64,000 nt of DNA from Minisyncoccota bacterium (GCA_039927695.1 JBDSUM010000007.1:11700-75699), one strand, 5' to 3'. Positions 38,493 to 47,566 are shown, numbered from the stretch's first letter. Notes: generated by a model from the sequence alone, not told the origin. Numbers and translations are program-made.

Positions 38493-38963
38493 ATGATTAA
38501 GATCAGTTTTGTACGAATCTCACCGACGCATCATCGTTTCTCATATGAACGAGAGAACGGATCAGGCGAGTCTATTGAATTGGAAACGAAAACGTATTTG
38601 CTGCATGATTTTGTGCACTTCTGTGTGGAGAGCGAAGCTCAACTGACTGGAGGTTTTTATGGACAGCTTGCGCAAGGAAGTACATTTGCTGATTTGGTCG
38701 GCACGCCCAACTCCGAACTTTCTGGTATGGGGCTCGATGTAGAAAGGGTGGTAGGGGCACTAACGGGTGTAGTTCAGGGAAGAATTACACCAGATGCGCT
38801 TTTGGATGGCTTGAAGAATCTGTATCAGGCATATGGCAAACCCATACCTGGGTGGGTGAATCAAGAATATATCGCTCAGGTCTCTGAGCGATATCGAAAG
38901 CTAAATGGGCAATGGAATTCTCTCCGATTTGGTGAGCGACTGGATTTAGTTTTCGGGAAATAA
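38493..38963 (+). CDS. Hypothetical protein
   Basis: 156-aa ORF preceded by repeat copy 12 and followed by copy 13. Confidence 0.45.
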   Translation: MIKISFVRISPTHHRFSYERENGSGESIELETKTYLLHDFVHFCVESEAQLTGGFYGQLAQGSTFADLVGTPNSELSGMGLDVERVVGALTGVVQGRITPDALLDGLKNLYQAYGKPIPGWVNQEYIAQVSERYRKLNGQWNSLRFGERLDLVFGK

Positions 38964-38993
38964 AGTTTCCACGTCGTACGAAATACCCAGCTC
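38964..38993 (+). repeat. Conserved intergenic repeat, copy 13 (degenerate)
   Basis: agtttccacgtcgtacgaaatacccagctc. Confidence 0.4.
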
Positions 38994-38998
38994 AACTT

Positions 38999-39853
38999 GT
39001 GTGCCATAATGTGTATATGAAATTCCTCCATGATCTGCGAGCAGCGGTTTATTCTCCTAATTTCCTAGCCCACTTTAAGAATCGAACCTTTAATCAGGCG
39101 GTACTTTTTATTTTCGTACTTGTTCTTATACAGACTTTGATCACAGAAGTGATAGTTCTTACTAGAGTTGTTAATCCATTTATAACGTTCACTTCCGGTA
39201 ATTTCATCAAGCAATACTATCCTGAAGATCTCGATGTCACTGTTACTGATGGTTTAGTTGCTACAAATCAAGCCAACCCATATCTTATTGCAAATCCTGA
39301 TGTAAGAGCTGGTACAGCCACGGGTACTGTTTTCTCTAATATCGTAGTAATTGATACCCAAGCGACAGATACGATTTCTGCACTGCACAGGTACAACACC
39401 TACGTATTAGTGACGCATGATTCTGTAGCATCAGAAAATGGTCCTGATGGAGAGATACGTGTGATACCTCTCAAGAATATAAAGAATCTCCATCTCACTC
39501 AACCTCTGGTACAAGAATATTTTACAAAAGCGATTCCATACATATATGGAGTTGGAATATTGGGAATAATTCTTTTGCCACTATTAGTTGCTGCTTTCTC
39601 ACTTGGTTACTATTTATTCATTCTTTTGGGTCTTGCCTTAATAACTTGGTTCATAGCTAGACTTCGAAAGGTAGATGCAGGGTATAAAAAATCATACATA
39701 CTTTCTGGATATCTTCTTGCGCTACCTATTCTCACTGATTTGGTTCTGGATCTTATCATTCCAGGAAGTCGATTCGTACTCATAGCCGTAATATTCGTAC
39801 TCATAGCCATTCTAAATGTTAAGCAGGAGAAAGATATAATCCAGGCTACATAA
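38999..39853 (+). CDS. Polytopic membrane protein
   Basis: Several TM helices in the C-terminal half. Confidence 0.45.
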   Translation: MCHNVYMKFLHDLRAAVYSPNFLAHFKNRTFNQAVLFIFVLVLIQTLITEVIVLTRVVNPFITFTSGNFIKQYYPEDLDVTVTDGLVATNQANPYLIANPDVRAGTATGTVFSNIVVIDTQATDTISALHRYNTYVLVTHDSVASENGPDGEIRVIPLKNIKNLHLTQPLVQEYFTKAIPYIYGVGILGIILLPLLVAAFSLGYYLFILLGLALITWFIARLRKVDAGYKKSYILSGYLLALPILTDLVLDLIIPGSRFVLIAVIFVLIAILNVKQEKDIIQAT

Positions 39854-39862
39854 GTTCAGATT

Positions 39863-40849
39863 ATGAAAATTGCTAGTCAGGATTTGGAACAGAAGATACT
39901 AACGACCCTCGCGGAGAAGGGTTTCTCTAATGAGGATGCGCAAAGTATCACCGACTACCTTATGTGGGCAGAAAAGTCTGGCATTAAGACACAGGGAATT
40001 ATAAAGATGACTGGCACCGAGCCACTTCAAAATATTCAGCCTAAACATGAAATCAGAATAGAGCGAGATACAAAACTCTCGCAGCTCATAAATGGCGGTG
40101 CGCACCCCGCTCCGTTGGTCAGCCAAAAAGCAACTGATGTAGTTATAGAAAAAGCCAAAGAACATGGTTTCGGTATCGTTGGTGTACGAAACACTTTCTC
40201 TAGCAACGGAGCGCAAGGGTTCTATGCCGAGAAGATTGCTGAACAAGATTTAATAGGAATCGTTTGCAGTCGTTCTCCCGCCGCAACGACTGGTTTCGAC
40301 AGTATTGATCCACTATGGGGTACGAATCCTATTGGTTTTGGATTCCCAACGGAGGGTGAGCCGCTTGTATTTGATATGGCCACATCAGCCATGACATTCT
40401 ATGGCCTTATTCTTGCAAAGGCTCGTGGTGAAAAGATCCCAGACAATATGGCAATCGATAGTGAGGGTAATCCTACGAATGATCCTGCATCTGCGATGGA
40501 TGGTGCGATTCTTCCATTCGATAGGGGATACAAAGGTGCAGGATTAGGTATGGTTATAGAAATGCTTGCAGGTCCTCTAACTAATTCTGCCTGGATCGAT
40601 AACAAGGCCTTCACTGAAGAATGGGGCTCATTATTCATTGCCATTGATCCGAATCTACTAGTAGATACCGTTGTCTTTAAGAAAAATGCCACAGATCTTG
40701 TATCTAAGATTAAATCTTCAAGAAGGAAACAGGGTACAAGTGCAATTCGCCTCCCAGGTGAGCGTGCTGCCGAAAGTAGAAAAGAGGTTGAATTATCCGG
40801 AATGGTTGAAGTTGAAGAGGCTATCATGAAGGAATTAGGATATCTATAA
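39863..40849 (+). CDS. Malate/L-lactate dehydrogenase family 2 (Ldh_2) oxidoreductase
   Basis: Ldh_2-like N-terminus (EQKILTTLAEKGFSNEDAQSITDYLMWAEKSGIKTQGI) and length 328 aa. Confidence 0.65.
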   Translation: MKIASQDLEQKILTTLAEKGFSNEDAQSITDYLMWAEKSGIKTQGIIKMTGTEPLQNIQPKHEIRIERDTKLSQLINGGAHPAPLVSQKATDVVIEKAKEHGFGIVGVRNTFSSNGAQGFYAEKIAEQDLIGIVCSRSPAATTGFDSIDPLWGTNPIGFGFPTEGEPLVFDMATSAMTFYGLILAKARGEKIPDNMAIDSEGNPTNDPASAMDGAILPFDRGYKGAGLGMVIEMLAGPLTNSAWIDNKAFTEEWGSLFIAIDPNLLVDTVVFKKNATDLVSKIKSSRRKQGTSAIRLPGERAAESRKEVELSGMVEVEEAIMKELGYL

Positions 40850-40951
40850 AATATGAAGCTATATAGATTTACCCTGCTAAAGATCAAATAACTCTTTTAG
40901 AGGCGATTCGCTACATTCATATTGAATGTTTCAAGTTAGCCACCTTTTTCT

Positions 40952-41389
40952 TTGAGGCTGGGATGTTTCTGTTATATTTTAAGCATGCTAAAAACAAGGA
41001 CTCGTATATGGTGGTCGACAGCTGTGCTACTAGCGTTTATTTCTGTGGCAGGTCTATGCGCTCATGCGCTCGGCTGGTACCAAGAGTATTGGTTTGCCGA
41101 TGTTATTCTCCATACTCTCTCTGGGGGAATGTTTGGCCTTTTCTGGCTCGGACTTACGTATAAGGAAGAGTATAAGTCGAAGTTAATCTTTATACTTACC
41201 ATAACAATGGCTGGAGTATTCGGAAGCTATTTTTGGGAACTATGGGAGTTTGGTGGTGCGTACATTTTGCCGGGAATAGCGATAGCGTATCTACCGGATC
41301 TGGCTGACACCCTCAGTGACATTGCTTGCGGTATGTGTGGCGCTCTGATAGTTGGTGTTATGTATTTCCTACAGACCAGCAAACGTTAA
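40952..41389 (+). CDS. Membrane protein (4 TM)
   Basis: Hydrophobic profile only. Confidence 0.4.
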   Translation: MRLGCFCYILSMLKTRTRIWWSTAVLLAFISVAGLCAHALGWYQEYWFADVILHTLSGGMFGLFWLGLTYKEEYKSKLIFILTITMAGVFGSYFWELWEFGGAYILPGIAIAYLPDLADTLSDIACGMCGALIVGVMYFLQTSKR

Positions 41390-41414
41390 ACGAAGATACT
41401 AAATTTGTTCTAAT

Positions 41415-41999
41415 ATGACCGAGAAGGAAGTTTCAGAAAAGCCTATTCGTCCCTTTGCGACGGCACAGGTATGGCGCGCCTGGCTTGAAAAGAATCAAGC
41501 GAAGCCAGAGGGTATGTGGCTGCGTATCTATAAGAAAGACTCGGCGAAAAAGACCGTCACTCATCTTGAAGCGCTCGACGAAGCCCTTTGCTACGGATGG
41601 ATAGACGGGCAGAGGAAAGCGTATGACACTGAATCGTTCTTGCAGAAGTTCACGCCTCGTCGATCAAAGAGTCTGTGGTCGAAGCGTAATCGTGAGAATG
41701 TCATGCGTCTTATCAAAGAAAGACGCATGACCGCTGCTGGCCTAGCTGAAATCGACGCTGCTAAAAAGGATGGCCGATGGGAGCAGGCATATGACGCTGG
41801 CAGTACTATGCAAGTGCCGGCAGATTTCCTCGCTGCACTGAAGAAAGATAAGAAGGCATACGAGTTTTTTAAGACTCTGAATAAGGCTAATACCTATGCT
41901 ATTGCCTGGCGTCTACAAACTGCCAGGAAGCCAGAGACTCGAATGAAACGTATGGAGGCACTGCTAGCTCTCATGAAAGAAGGAAGGAAACTGCATTAA
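41415..41999 (+). CDS. YdeI/OmpD-associated (OmdA) family protein
   Basis: WRAWLEKN...GWIDGQRKAYDTESFLQKFTPRRSKSLWSKRNRENVMRLI pattern. Confidence 0.55.
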   Translation: MTEKEVSEKPIRPFATAQVWRAWLEKNQAKPEGMWLRIYKKDSAKKTVTHLEALDEALCYGWIDGQRKAYDTESFLQKFTPRRSKSLWSKRNRENVMRLIKERRMTAAGLAEIDAAKKDGRWEQAYDAGSTMQVPADFLAALKKDKKAYEFFKTLNKANTYAIAWRLQTARKPETRMKRMEALLALMKEGRKLH

Positions 42000-42022
42000 T
42001 TATTCGGTCGTTGCTTGCTCAG

Positions 42023-42049
42023 ATTTGTTCGGATATTGTCTTAGTCAAC
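42023..42049 (+). repeat. Conserved intergenic repeat, copy 14 (last copy; array ends here)
   Basis: atttgttcggatattgtcttagtcaac. Confidence 0.6.
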
Positions 42050-42058
42050 TCTCAAACC

Positions 42059-42748
42059 TTATATAACCTCTATTTCATGCACTTTCTTTGATACGAAGCT
42101 GTAAAATTGAGCCGGCCGATGTTTGTCACCCGATCGCTTGTAAGGAGATTCTTTAAGAACATCCAATTTCAGTATTTTCTTACGGAAATTACGCTTATCA
42201 AGACCTGCTTTCAAAATGCATTCATAGGCTACTTCAAGTTCTGTAAGAGTGAACTCCTCAGGCATAAGCTTGGAGATGAGAGTGGTATACGTGAGGCGAG
42301 AGCGTAGGCGCTTGGTACCAACCGAAAGTATCTCATCATGATCATAGGCTAACTTCGTAGCACGTGTGACCGGTACCCATTTAGAATCATCCGTGTCTTC
42401 TTGTTCTGGAGTTGATAATGCCTCCCAGGGGACTAGCGCTAGGTAGGCAACAGCAACGACTCTGCCGCGAGGATCTCTGTCTACTTTACTAAATGTAAAG
42501 AGTTGCTCTACATATATTTTCCTTGGATCGATATGTGATTTTTCTTTCAAATGTCGCAATGCTGCTATCTCAGCAGTTTCTGATGGATGAACAAGTCCAC
42601 CGGGCAATCCCCAGGCATTTTGATAGTAGGGAGGTCGATGTATGGCAACGAGACGAACAAACAGTTGTTTGTCGCGAACCGTAAACAATGTGGTATCAGT
42701 CGATAGAACTGCAAATCGCAACTCACTATTTTTAGGTACCTTATTCAT
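42059..42748 (-). CDS. nrtR: NrtR-like regulator (Nudix domain + C-terminal winged helix)
   Basis: Degenerate Nudix box GGLVHPSETAEIAALRHLKEKSH; C-terminal FTLTELEVAYECILKAGLDKRNFRKKILKL matches the NrtR wHTH; adjacent to NAD salvage genes. Confidence 0.6.
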   Translation of the reverse strand: MNKVPKNSELRFAVLSTDTTLFTVRDKQLFVRLVAIHRPPYYQNAWGLPGGLVHPSETAEIAALRHLKEKSHIDPRKIYVEQLFTFSKVDRDPRGRVVAVAYLALVPWEALSTPEQEDTDDSKWVPVTRATKLAYDHDEILSVGTKRLRSRLTYTTLISKLMPEEFTLTELEVAYECILKAGLDKRNFRKKILKLDVLKESPYKRSGDKHRPAQFYSFVSKKVHEIEVI

Positions 42749-42800
42749 ATAGATATAATAGTCATACTCTCACTATTCTCCAATTAAGGTTGGTCGCTAA

Positions 42801-42835
42801 GGATAAAAAGAAGTCGGCTGTGTCAAAGCCGACTC
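42801..42835 (-). terminator. Rho-independent terminator downstream of the ADP-ribosylglycohydrolase gene (minus strand)
   Basis: agtcggct-gtgtcaaa-agccgact stem; on the minus strand it is followed by ttcttttttatcc. Confidence 0.7.
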
Positions 42836-42853
42836 CACTACTGACGAGTCTGG

Positions 42854-43798
42854 TTACGAATGATTTCTTTCGTAGAGAAGATCTGCCAGCTCTTTCATGC
42901 GTTCGCCGCCGCGCAGCACAGATATCCATTCGGCTGGGATTCCCTCGATACCATAGGTGGCGCCGAGCAGTGCTCCTGCAACAGCGGCATAAGTGTCAGT
43001 ATCGCCGCCGAGCGCGATAACTGCGCTTATGCCTTCCTCGAAGGAGGATGTCGTGAGCAGTGCCCATAACGCAGCTTGTAACGTAAGCACTGCGTTACCT
43101 CGATCAGGGAAGTTCTTCGGAATGATCGGCTGAACCGTCAGATCTTGAAGCTGATGAGCAAGCGACCAATCGTCGGTATGCGATACCCCATGTGCAACTG
43201 CATAGCGAATGTCGCCACCGTTTAGCAATGCATCAAGGATATGTACGAACACGACGCAGGATTCCATTGCCGTTTCATGCCGATGGGTGACATGCGATGA
43301 ATTGCGCACAGAAGAGTCGATATTCACCATATCGGTATCGTGGAAGAAAAGAGCAAGTGGCGCACTGCGCATCAAACTCCCATTCGTGACTCTCAGCGGC
43401 AGATCCTTCAGATCCAGAGACTCCGCATAGGTTTCAGCGGCAAGAGTCTCGCGCGTTGTACCGCCGAAGCCTTTAACAACTCCATCCCAGAGAAAACTTT
43501 TACCCTGAAGTGCCGTACTCTTGAATCTGCGATATTGATCTTCCAGATCGATGCAGCCACATTCGACCAAGCTTTCTGCAAGCGCGGCCGTTAGTTCCGA
43601 ATCATCGGTAGGGCGTCCAGCAGGGAAGATGCCGTCCACACCCCAAGGGTCAGGGTAGGCAAACGGAACAAGTCCGCCGCGTTTGGCGTAGTCGGCGAGA
43701 ACGGTTTCTGAGAACCATGTCTCATAGGGAGCGCCTAACGCGTCCCCGGCCAATACGCCGACGAGGGTACCTTGATAGCGGTTGCGAAGATGTGTCAT
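42854..43798 (-). CDS. ADP-ribosylglycohydrolase-family protein
   Basis: GVLAGDALGAPYE N-terminal motif and later Asp-rich metal-binding segments. Confidence 0.8.
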   Translation of the reverse strand: MTHLRNRYQGTLVGVLAGDALGAPYETWFSETVLADYAKRGGLVPFAYPDPWGVDGIFPAGRPTDDSELTAALAESLVECGCIDLEDQYRRFKSTALQGKSFLWDGVVKGFGGTTRETLAAETYAESLDLKDLPLRVTNGSLMRSAPLALFFHDTDMVNIDSSVRNSSHVTHRHETAMESCVVFVHILDALLNGGDIRYAVAHGVSHTDDWSLAHQLQDLTVQPIIPKNFPDRGNAVLTLQAALWALLTTSSFEEGISAVIALGGDTDTYAAVAGALLGATYGIEGIPAEWISVLRGGERMKELADLLYERNHS

Positions 43799-43899
43799 TT
43801 CGGTGCCTTTCGAGTTAATCCTCCTACACCTTACTTTCCCCGTTGCTTATTGTCAAACATACACGATGTCCACAGCTCTCACGTATCTTATTGACACAA

Positions 43900-43922
43900 C
43901 TTAGTGTGTAATATACACTAAG
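43900..43922. promoter_or_regulatory. Imperfect 23-bp palindrome overlapping a sigma70-like promoter in the divergent nrtR/ARH <-> pnuC-nadR intergenic region; candidate NrtR operator
   Basis: cttagtgtgtaatatacactaag; TTGACA at 43892-43897 immediately upstream. Confidence 0.4.
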
Positions 43923-43946
43923 TAAATAGAAGTAAAGGAAACTGCC

Positions 43947-44627
43947 ATGAAAACGAAACATACCCAAACACTCCACGTTCTTTCCCTCATCGGTTCAGTG
44001 GCACTTACCTTTGCTTCGTGGCGGGGTCTCGTACCTATAAGTCTTACCGAAGTATTCGGCTTCATAAGTGGGGGACTGTGCGTCTGGCTTACGGTAAAGC
44101 AGAATATCTGGAACTGGCCAATTGGCATAGTAAATAATATCTTCTTTATTATCTTGTTTTGGCAGTCACATCTGTACGCTGATATGGCGTTACAAGTTGT
44201 ATACATCGTACTCAGTATTCTTGGTTGGTACTGGTGGGTGCGTGGCGGGGTGGGTAATACAAGTCTTACCGTGTCGCGAATAGGGATTCGTACTGTATTG
44301 GTACTTACTCTAATTGGTGTTGTAACAATGTATGGTATGACGCTCTACTTGCGAACCGTGCAGGACGCAGCCCCATTCTTAGATGCTCTTACCACCGTAA
44401 TGAGCCTTATAGCTCAGTACCTTCTCACTAAGAAGAAGATTGAAAATTGGTACCTTTGGATGACCGCTGATGTGATCTATGTCTGGCTCTATTGCTTTAA
44501 GCATCTTTATTTGACTGGCTTCCTCTACGCTATCTTCTTCGCGATGTGTATAGCCGGGGTTATAGCGTGGCGTCGTTCAATGAAACTTACCAATAAAGAG
44601 GCAGTCCTCACCGCCCACCATGTTTAA
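43947..44627 (+). CDS. pnuC: Nicotinamide riboside transporter PnuC
   Basis: 7-TM profile with PnuC-like W-rich segments (NIWNWPIG, GWYWW); followed by nadR. Confidence 0.7.
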   Translation: MKTKHTQTLHVLSLIGSVALTFASWRGLVPISLTEVFGFISGGLCVWLTVKQNIWNWPIGIVNNIFFIILFWQSHLYADMALQVVYIVLSILGWYWWVRGGVGNTSLTVSRIGIRTVLVLTLIGVVTMYGMTLYLRTVQDAAPFLDALTTVMSLIAQYLLTKKKIENWYLWMTADVIYVWLYCFKHLYLTGFLYAIFFAMCIAGVIAWRRSMKLTNKEAVLTAHHV

Positions 44628-45594
44628 GCGCGGAGTAGTCATTGGTAAGTTCTACCCGCCTCATTGTGGCCATAAGTACCTTATTGATACGGCTCGTAGT
44701 CAGTGCGAACAGCTCACGGTGATCCTCTGTTGGAAGAAAGGTCAGGAAATATCAGGAGTGGAGCGAGCGCGTTGGATTCAGCACATTCATCCGGATGTTC
44801 AGGTAAAGCTTCTGGATGACGATCGCCTCGGTGAGGATGACTCTAAGGCGTGGGCGGAGAACACGCTCGCCGTACTCGGATTTACTCCTGATGCGGTGTT
44901 TACGTCAGAAGCATACGGCGATCCGTATGCTTCCTTTATGGGCACGGTACATGTGCTCGTTGATAAGGAAAGAACGTATATTCCCATCTCAGGAACAATG
45001 GTGCGGAGTGATCCGATGAAATACGCTGAATTTCTCGAGCCAATCGTTCGAGCATACTTTGCTAAAAGAGTATGCGTGCTTGGTGCTGAATCTACAGGGA
45101 CGACAACGCTCTCGAAAGAACTCGCCGCTCACTATAAAACGGTATGGGTTCCTGAATATGGTCGTCTATATTCTGAAGGAAAGTTCTACGCAGATAAGAA
45201 CGCAGAGTGGAGGAGCGATGAATTTGTAACAATAGCAAAGGCTCAATGCGATCTAGAGGACACGCTCGCAGAAGCTTCTAATGGATTAGTTATTTGTGAT
45301 ACTGATGCTTTTGCTACCAGTCTTTGGCATGAGCGTTATATGGGAACTCGATCAAAAGAGGTCGAAGACATTGCTGCGCGTAGAAACTATACCTTGTACA
45401 TACTTACCGGTGATGAGATTCCCTTCGAACAAGACGGGCTTCGAGATGGCGAACATATACGTCATGGAATGCATAAGCGATTCATTGAACGACTTGAAGA
45501 AGAGAAGAAGAGTTATATTCTTGTATCTGGAAGTAAAGAGCAGCGACTCAAGAAGGCAATTACTGAAATCAATAAGGCAATATCTGCGAATTGA
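44620..45594 (+). CDS. nadR: NadR-type NMN adenylyltransferase / ribosylnicotinamide kinase (no HTH domain)
   Basis: Cytidylyltransferase motif GKFYPPHCGH; second domain has a P-loop-like GAESTGTTT (Lys to Thr at the usual GK[ST] position). Confidence 0.7.
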   Translation: MFKRGVVIGKFYPPHCGHKYLIDTARSQCEQLTVILCWKKGQEISGVERARWIQHIHPDVQVKLLDDDRLGEDDSKAWAENTLAVLGFTPDAVFTSEAYGDPYASFMGTVHVLVDKERTYIPISGTMVRSDPMKYAEFLEPIVRAYFAKRVCVLGAESTGTTTLSKELAAHYKTVWVPEYGRLYSEGKFYADKNAEWRSDEFVTIAKAQCDLEDTLAEASNGLVICDTDAFATSLWHERYMGTRSKEVEDIAARRNYTLYILTGDEIPFEQDGLRDGEHIRHGMHKRFIERLEEEKKSYILVSGSKEQRLKKAITEINKAISAN

Positions 45595-46067
45595 AACGCG
45601 TTAGAATAGAGCGTATGGGAAAGTACGTCATCGTCTGTATTTTAGAGGCGGAATTCCCGCAGGAATTCCAATATGTTGATTGGCCATCGCACACTACATT
45701 ACTGCGCCCCTTTACTACAGATACCTCAAGTCAAAAACTCGCTGAAACACTGCAAAGTATTTGCGAGCAACACCACGCTTTGACTACGGAAGGGAAATCG
45801 AGGGAGTTATTCGGACCAGCATCTGACGTTCCGGTTATAGAACTTGTGAATACTCCAGAGCTTCAAAAACTCCACGATGATATTAGAACGGCATACATTC
45901 AAGAAATAGAATTTACCGCACCGCAATATCCAGACTTTAGACCTCACGTAACAGAAAATAATGGAAAGGGTGTTGAAGTTGGAGAGTCGGTGAAGATATC
46001 GTCACTTTCATTAGTTGAGCTAACCCTAGAGTCTCACAATGTACTTAATACTTTTCTGTTACAGTAA
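45591..46067 (+). CDS. 2H phosphoesterase (LigT-like) family protein
   Basis: Two H-x-T motifs (HTTLL and RPHVT) ~80 aa apart; overlaps the nadR stop. Confidence 0.55.
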   Translation: MKRVRIERMGKYVIVCILEAEFPQEFQYVDWPSHTTLLRPFTTDTSSQKLAETLQSICEQHHALTTEGKSRELFGPASDVPVIELVNTPELQKLHDDIRTAYIQEIEFTAPQYPDFRPHVTENNGKGVEVGESVKISSLSLVELTLESHNVLNTFLLQ

Positions 46068-46099
46068 TGGCGAGGAACTTTTAATAATAGAAATCAAGT

Positions 46100-46534
46100 A
46101 TGGAAAATAATGAATTGATTGTTACTAGAGTCTTCGATGCTCAGCCTGAAGCCGTTTGGAATGCTTGGACTACACCAGAATTAATTGCTCAGTGGTTTGC
46201 GCCGGGAGTTGTTATGGATGTACGCGAACTTGATGTACGAAAGGGTGGTCACTTCAGATTCGCAGACCCTAACGATACGACGTCAGGCGAATATACCGGA
46301 ACCTATATCACCGTTGAGCCTCTCAAAGAACTCTCTTTCAGTGTCATAGATTTCTCTGAAACTGAGGATCCTGCAGGTGTATCAGCTGGGTTCAGAGTAG
46401 TGTTTGAGGAAGTGGGCGAGCAAGCGAAGATAACGCTCACCTCAATTCCACCTGAAAACTCGTTCGACAAAAGGACGTTCGATGCTTGGACAGGCTGCTT
46501 CGACAGATTGGCTGACGTTATAAAATCCCACTAG
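46100..46534 (+). CDS. SRPBCC/AHSA1-like family protein
   Basis: IVTRVFDAQPEAVWNAWTTPELIAQWFAP N-terminus typical of the AHSA1/SRPBCC fold. Confidence 0.6.
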   Translation: MENNELIVTRVFDAQPEAVWNAWTTPELIAQWFAPGVVMDVRELDVRKGGHFRFADPNDTTSGEYTGTYITVEPLKELSFSVIDFSETEDPAGVSAGFRVVFEEVGEQAKITLTSIPPENSFDKRTFDAWTGCFDRLADVIKSH

Positions 46535-46555
46535 TATTACGTTAATGTATTTTAT

Positions 46556-46858
46556 ATGGCGACAATGAAAATGAGTATAGATCACGAATTGTCTGAGGCA
46601 GAGGCGTTGAAGCGCATCAAGAAACTGCTCGGAGAGACAAAGAAACAATACGGTGACATGGTCACCGATCTTAAAGAAAAGTGGCAAGGGAACAAGGGAA
46701 ACTTTAGCTTTGCAGCAAGAGGGTACACTATTTCAGGCACTATGGTAGTTAGCGCTGGCAAAGTACTGCTCGAGGGAGAACTTCCGTGGACACTTAATCT
46801 GATGCGAGGCAGGATTGAAAAGATAATTAAAGAGCGTGCGAAGGTGCTTTTGAAATAA
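46556..46858 (+). CDS. Small polyhydroxyalkanoic-acid-system-like (PHA_gran_rgn) protein
   Basis: ~100 aa; EAEALKRIKKLLGETKKQYGDMV...W.GN...F..RGYTISG pattern; weak. Confidence 0.35.
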   Translation: MATMKMSIDHELSEAEALKRIKKLLGETKKQYGDMVTDLKEKWQGNKGNFSFAARGYTISGTMVVSAGKVLLEGELPWTLNLMRGRIEKIIKERAKVLLK

Positions 46859-46893
46859 GCAGATCAAGTTATTTACATAAGAATTTATTATCT

Positions 46894-47562
46894 ATGATCG
46901 TTATTAAAAATCTGCGTGCTGAAGTACTTGGTGAACCTATCTTTGAGAAGGTTAACCTCGTCATACATACAGGCGAACGCGTCGGTATGCTTGGCTCACG
47001 AGCAAGCGACGTCACTACGTTCCTACGCATTCTCGCTGGAGAAGAAGATATGGACGCTGGTACCGTTTCAACAGAAGGTGAGCGCGTACTGTATGTTTCT
47101 TCAGAAATGATTCAAAGCACCGAGTCTATGGCAAAGTTGCATCATTCAAGACCAACAATGCTTTTGCTTGATGTTGTTGATGCAGATGCGAAAGGAACAG
47201 AAGTCATCAAGCAATTCATGGGAAGTTATCGAGGTGGAATCATCATAGCGACAAATGACACACAGCTTATGCTTGCTGCAAAAGTCACGCGTGTAATTGA
47301 GATACATGCTTCAACGCAGGCGATAAGTTCATACACAGGAAACTACACAGAGTATTTGGTTGAGCGTGAGAAGAACCTGGCGCGTATGAACGAAGCGTAC
47401 GATAAGCAACAAAAGGAGAAGCGAAGACTTGAAGAGTGGCTAGCCAAGAAACGCCTCGAAACTATGACTGATCGTTCACCTGAGAAGGGCGCGACTATTC
47501 GAACAAAAGCCAAATATCTCCAACGCGAGATTCTTGATAAAGAGATACAAAAACCAGACTAA
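46894..47562 (+). CDS. Degenerate ABC-F-like ATPase fragment (Walker A and B destroyed)
   Basis: ABC NBD-like layout: [23 protein letters not shown] in place of GxxGxGKST; LLLDVVDAD in place of LLLDEPTNHLD; KR-rich coiled-coil linker as in ABC-F; single NBD only. Confidence 0.4.
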   Translation: MIVIKNLRAEVLGEPIFEKVNLVIHTGERVGMLGSRASDVTTFLRILAGEEDMDAGTVSTEGERVLYVSSEMIQSTESMAKLHHSRPTMLLLDVVDADAKGTEVIKQFMGSYRGGIIIATNDTQLMLAAKVTRVIEIHASTQAISSYTGNYTEYLVEREKNLARMNEAYDKQQKEKRRLEEWLAKKRLETMTDRSPEKGATIRTKAKYLQREILDKEIQKPD

Positions 47563-47566
47563 TCTC

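Noticed and set aside
35363-38993. Canonical integron attC sites (R''/L''/L'/R' with GTTRRRY core) at the repeats
   Set aside because: The element is only about 30 bp and GTTCGAA does not satisfy GTTRRRY. No intI-type tyrosine recombinase is in the window. I therefore describe it as integron-like, not as an integron.
15236-42049. Considered whether the 14 repeat copies form a CRISPR array
   Set aside because: Spacing is irregular (about 120 bp to about 9 kb). The intervening segments contain full genes. The repeat lacks strong CRISPR-like palindromy. No cas genes are present.
42790-43069. ORFs 42790-43020 and 42860-43069 on the + strand
   Set aside because: They overlap the well-supported minus-strand ADP-ribosylglycohydrolase gene and its terminator. 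They are likely spurious.
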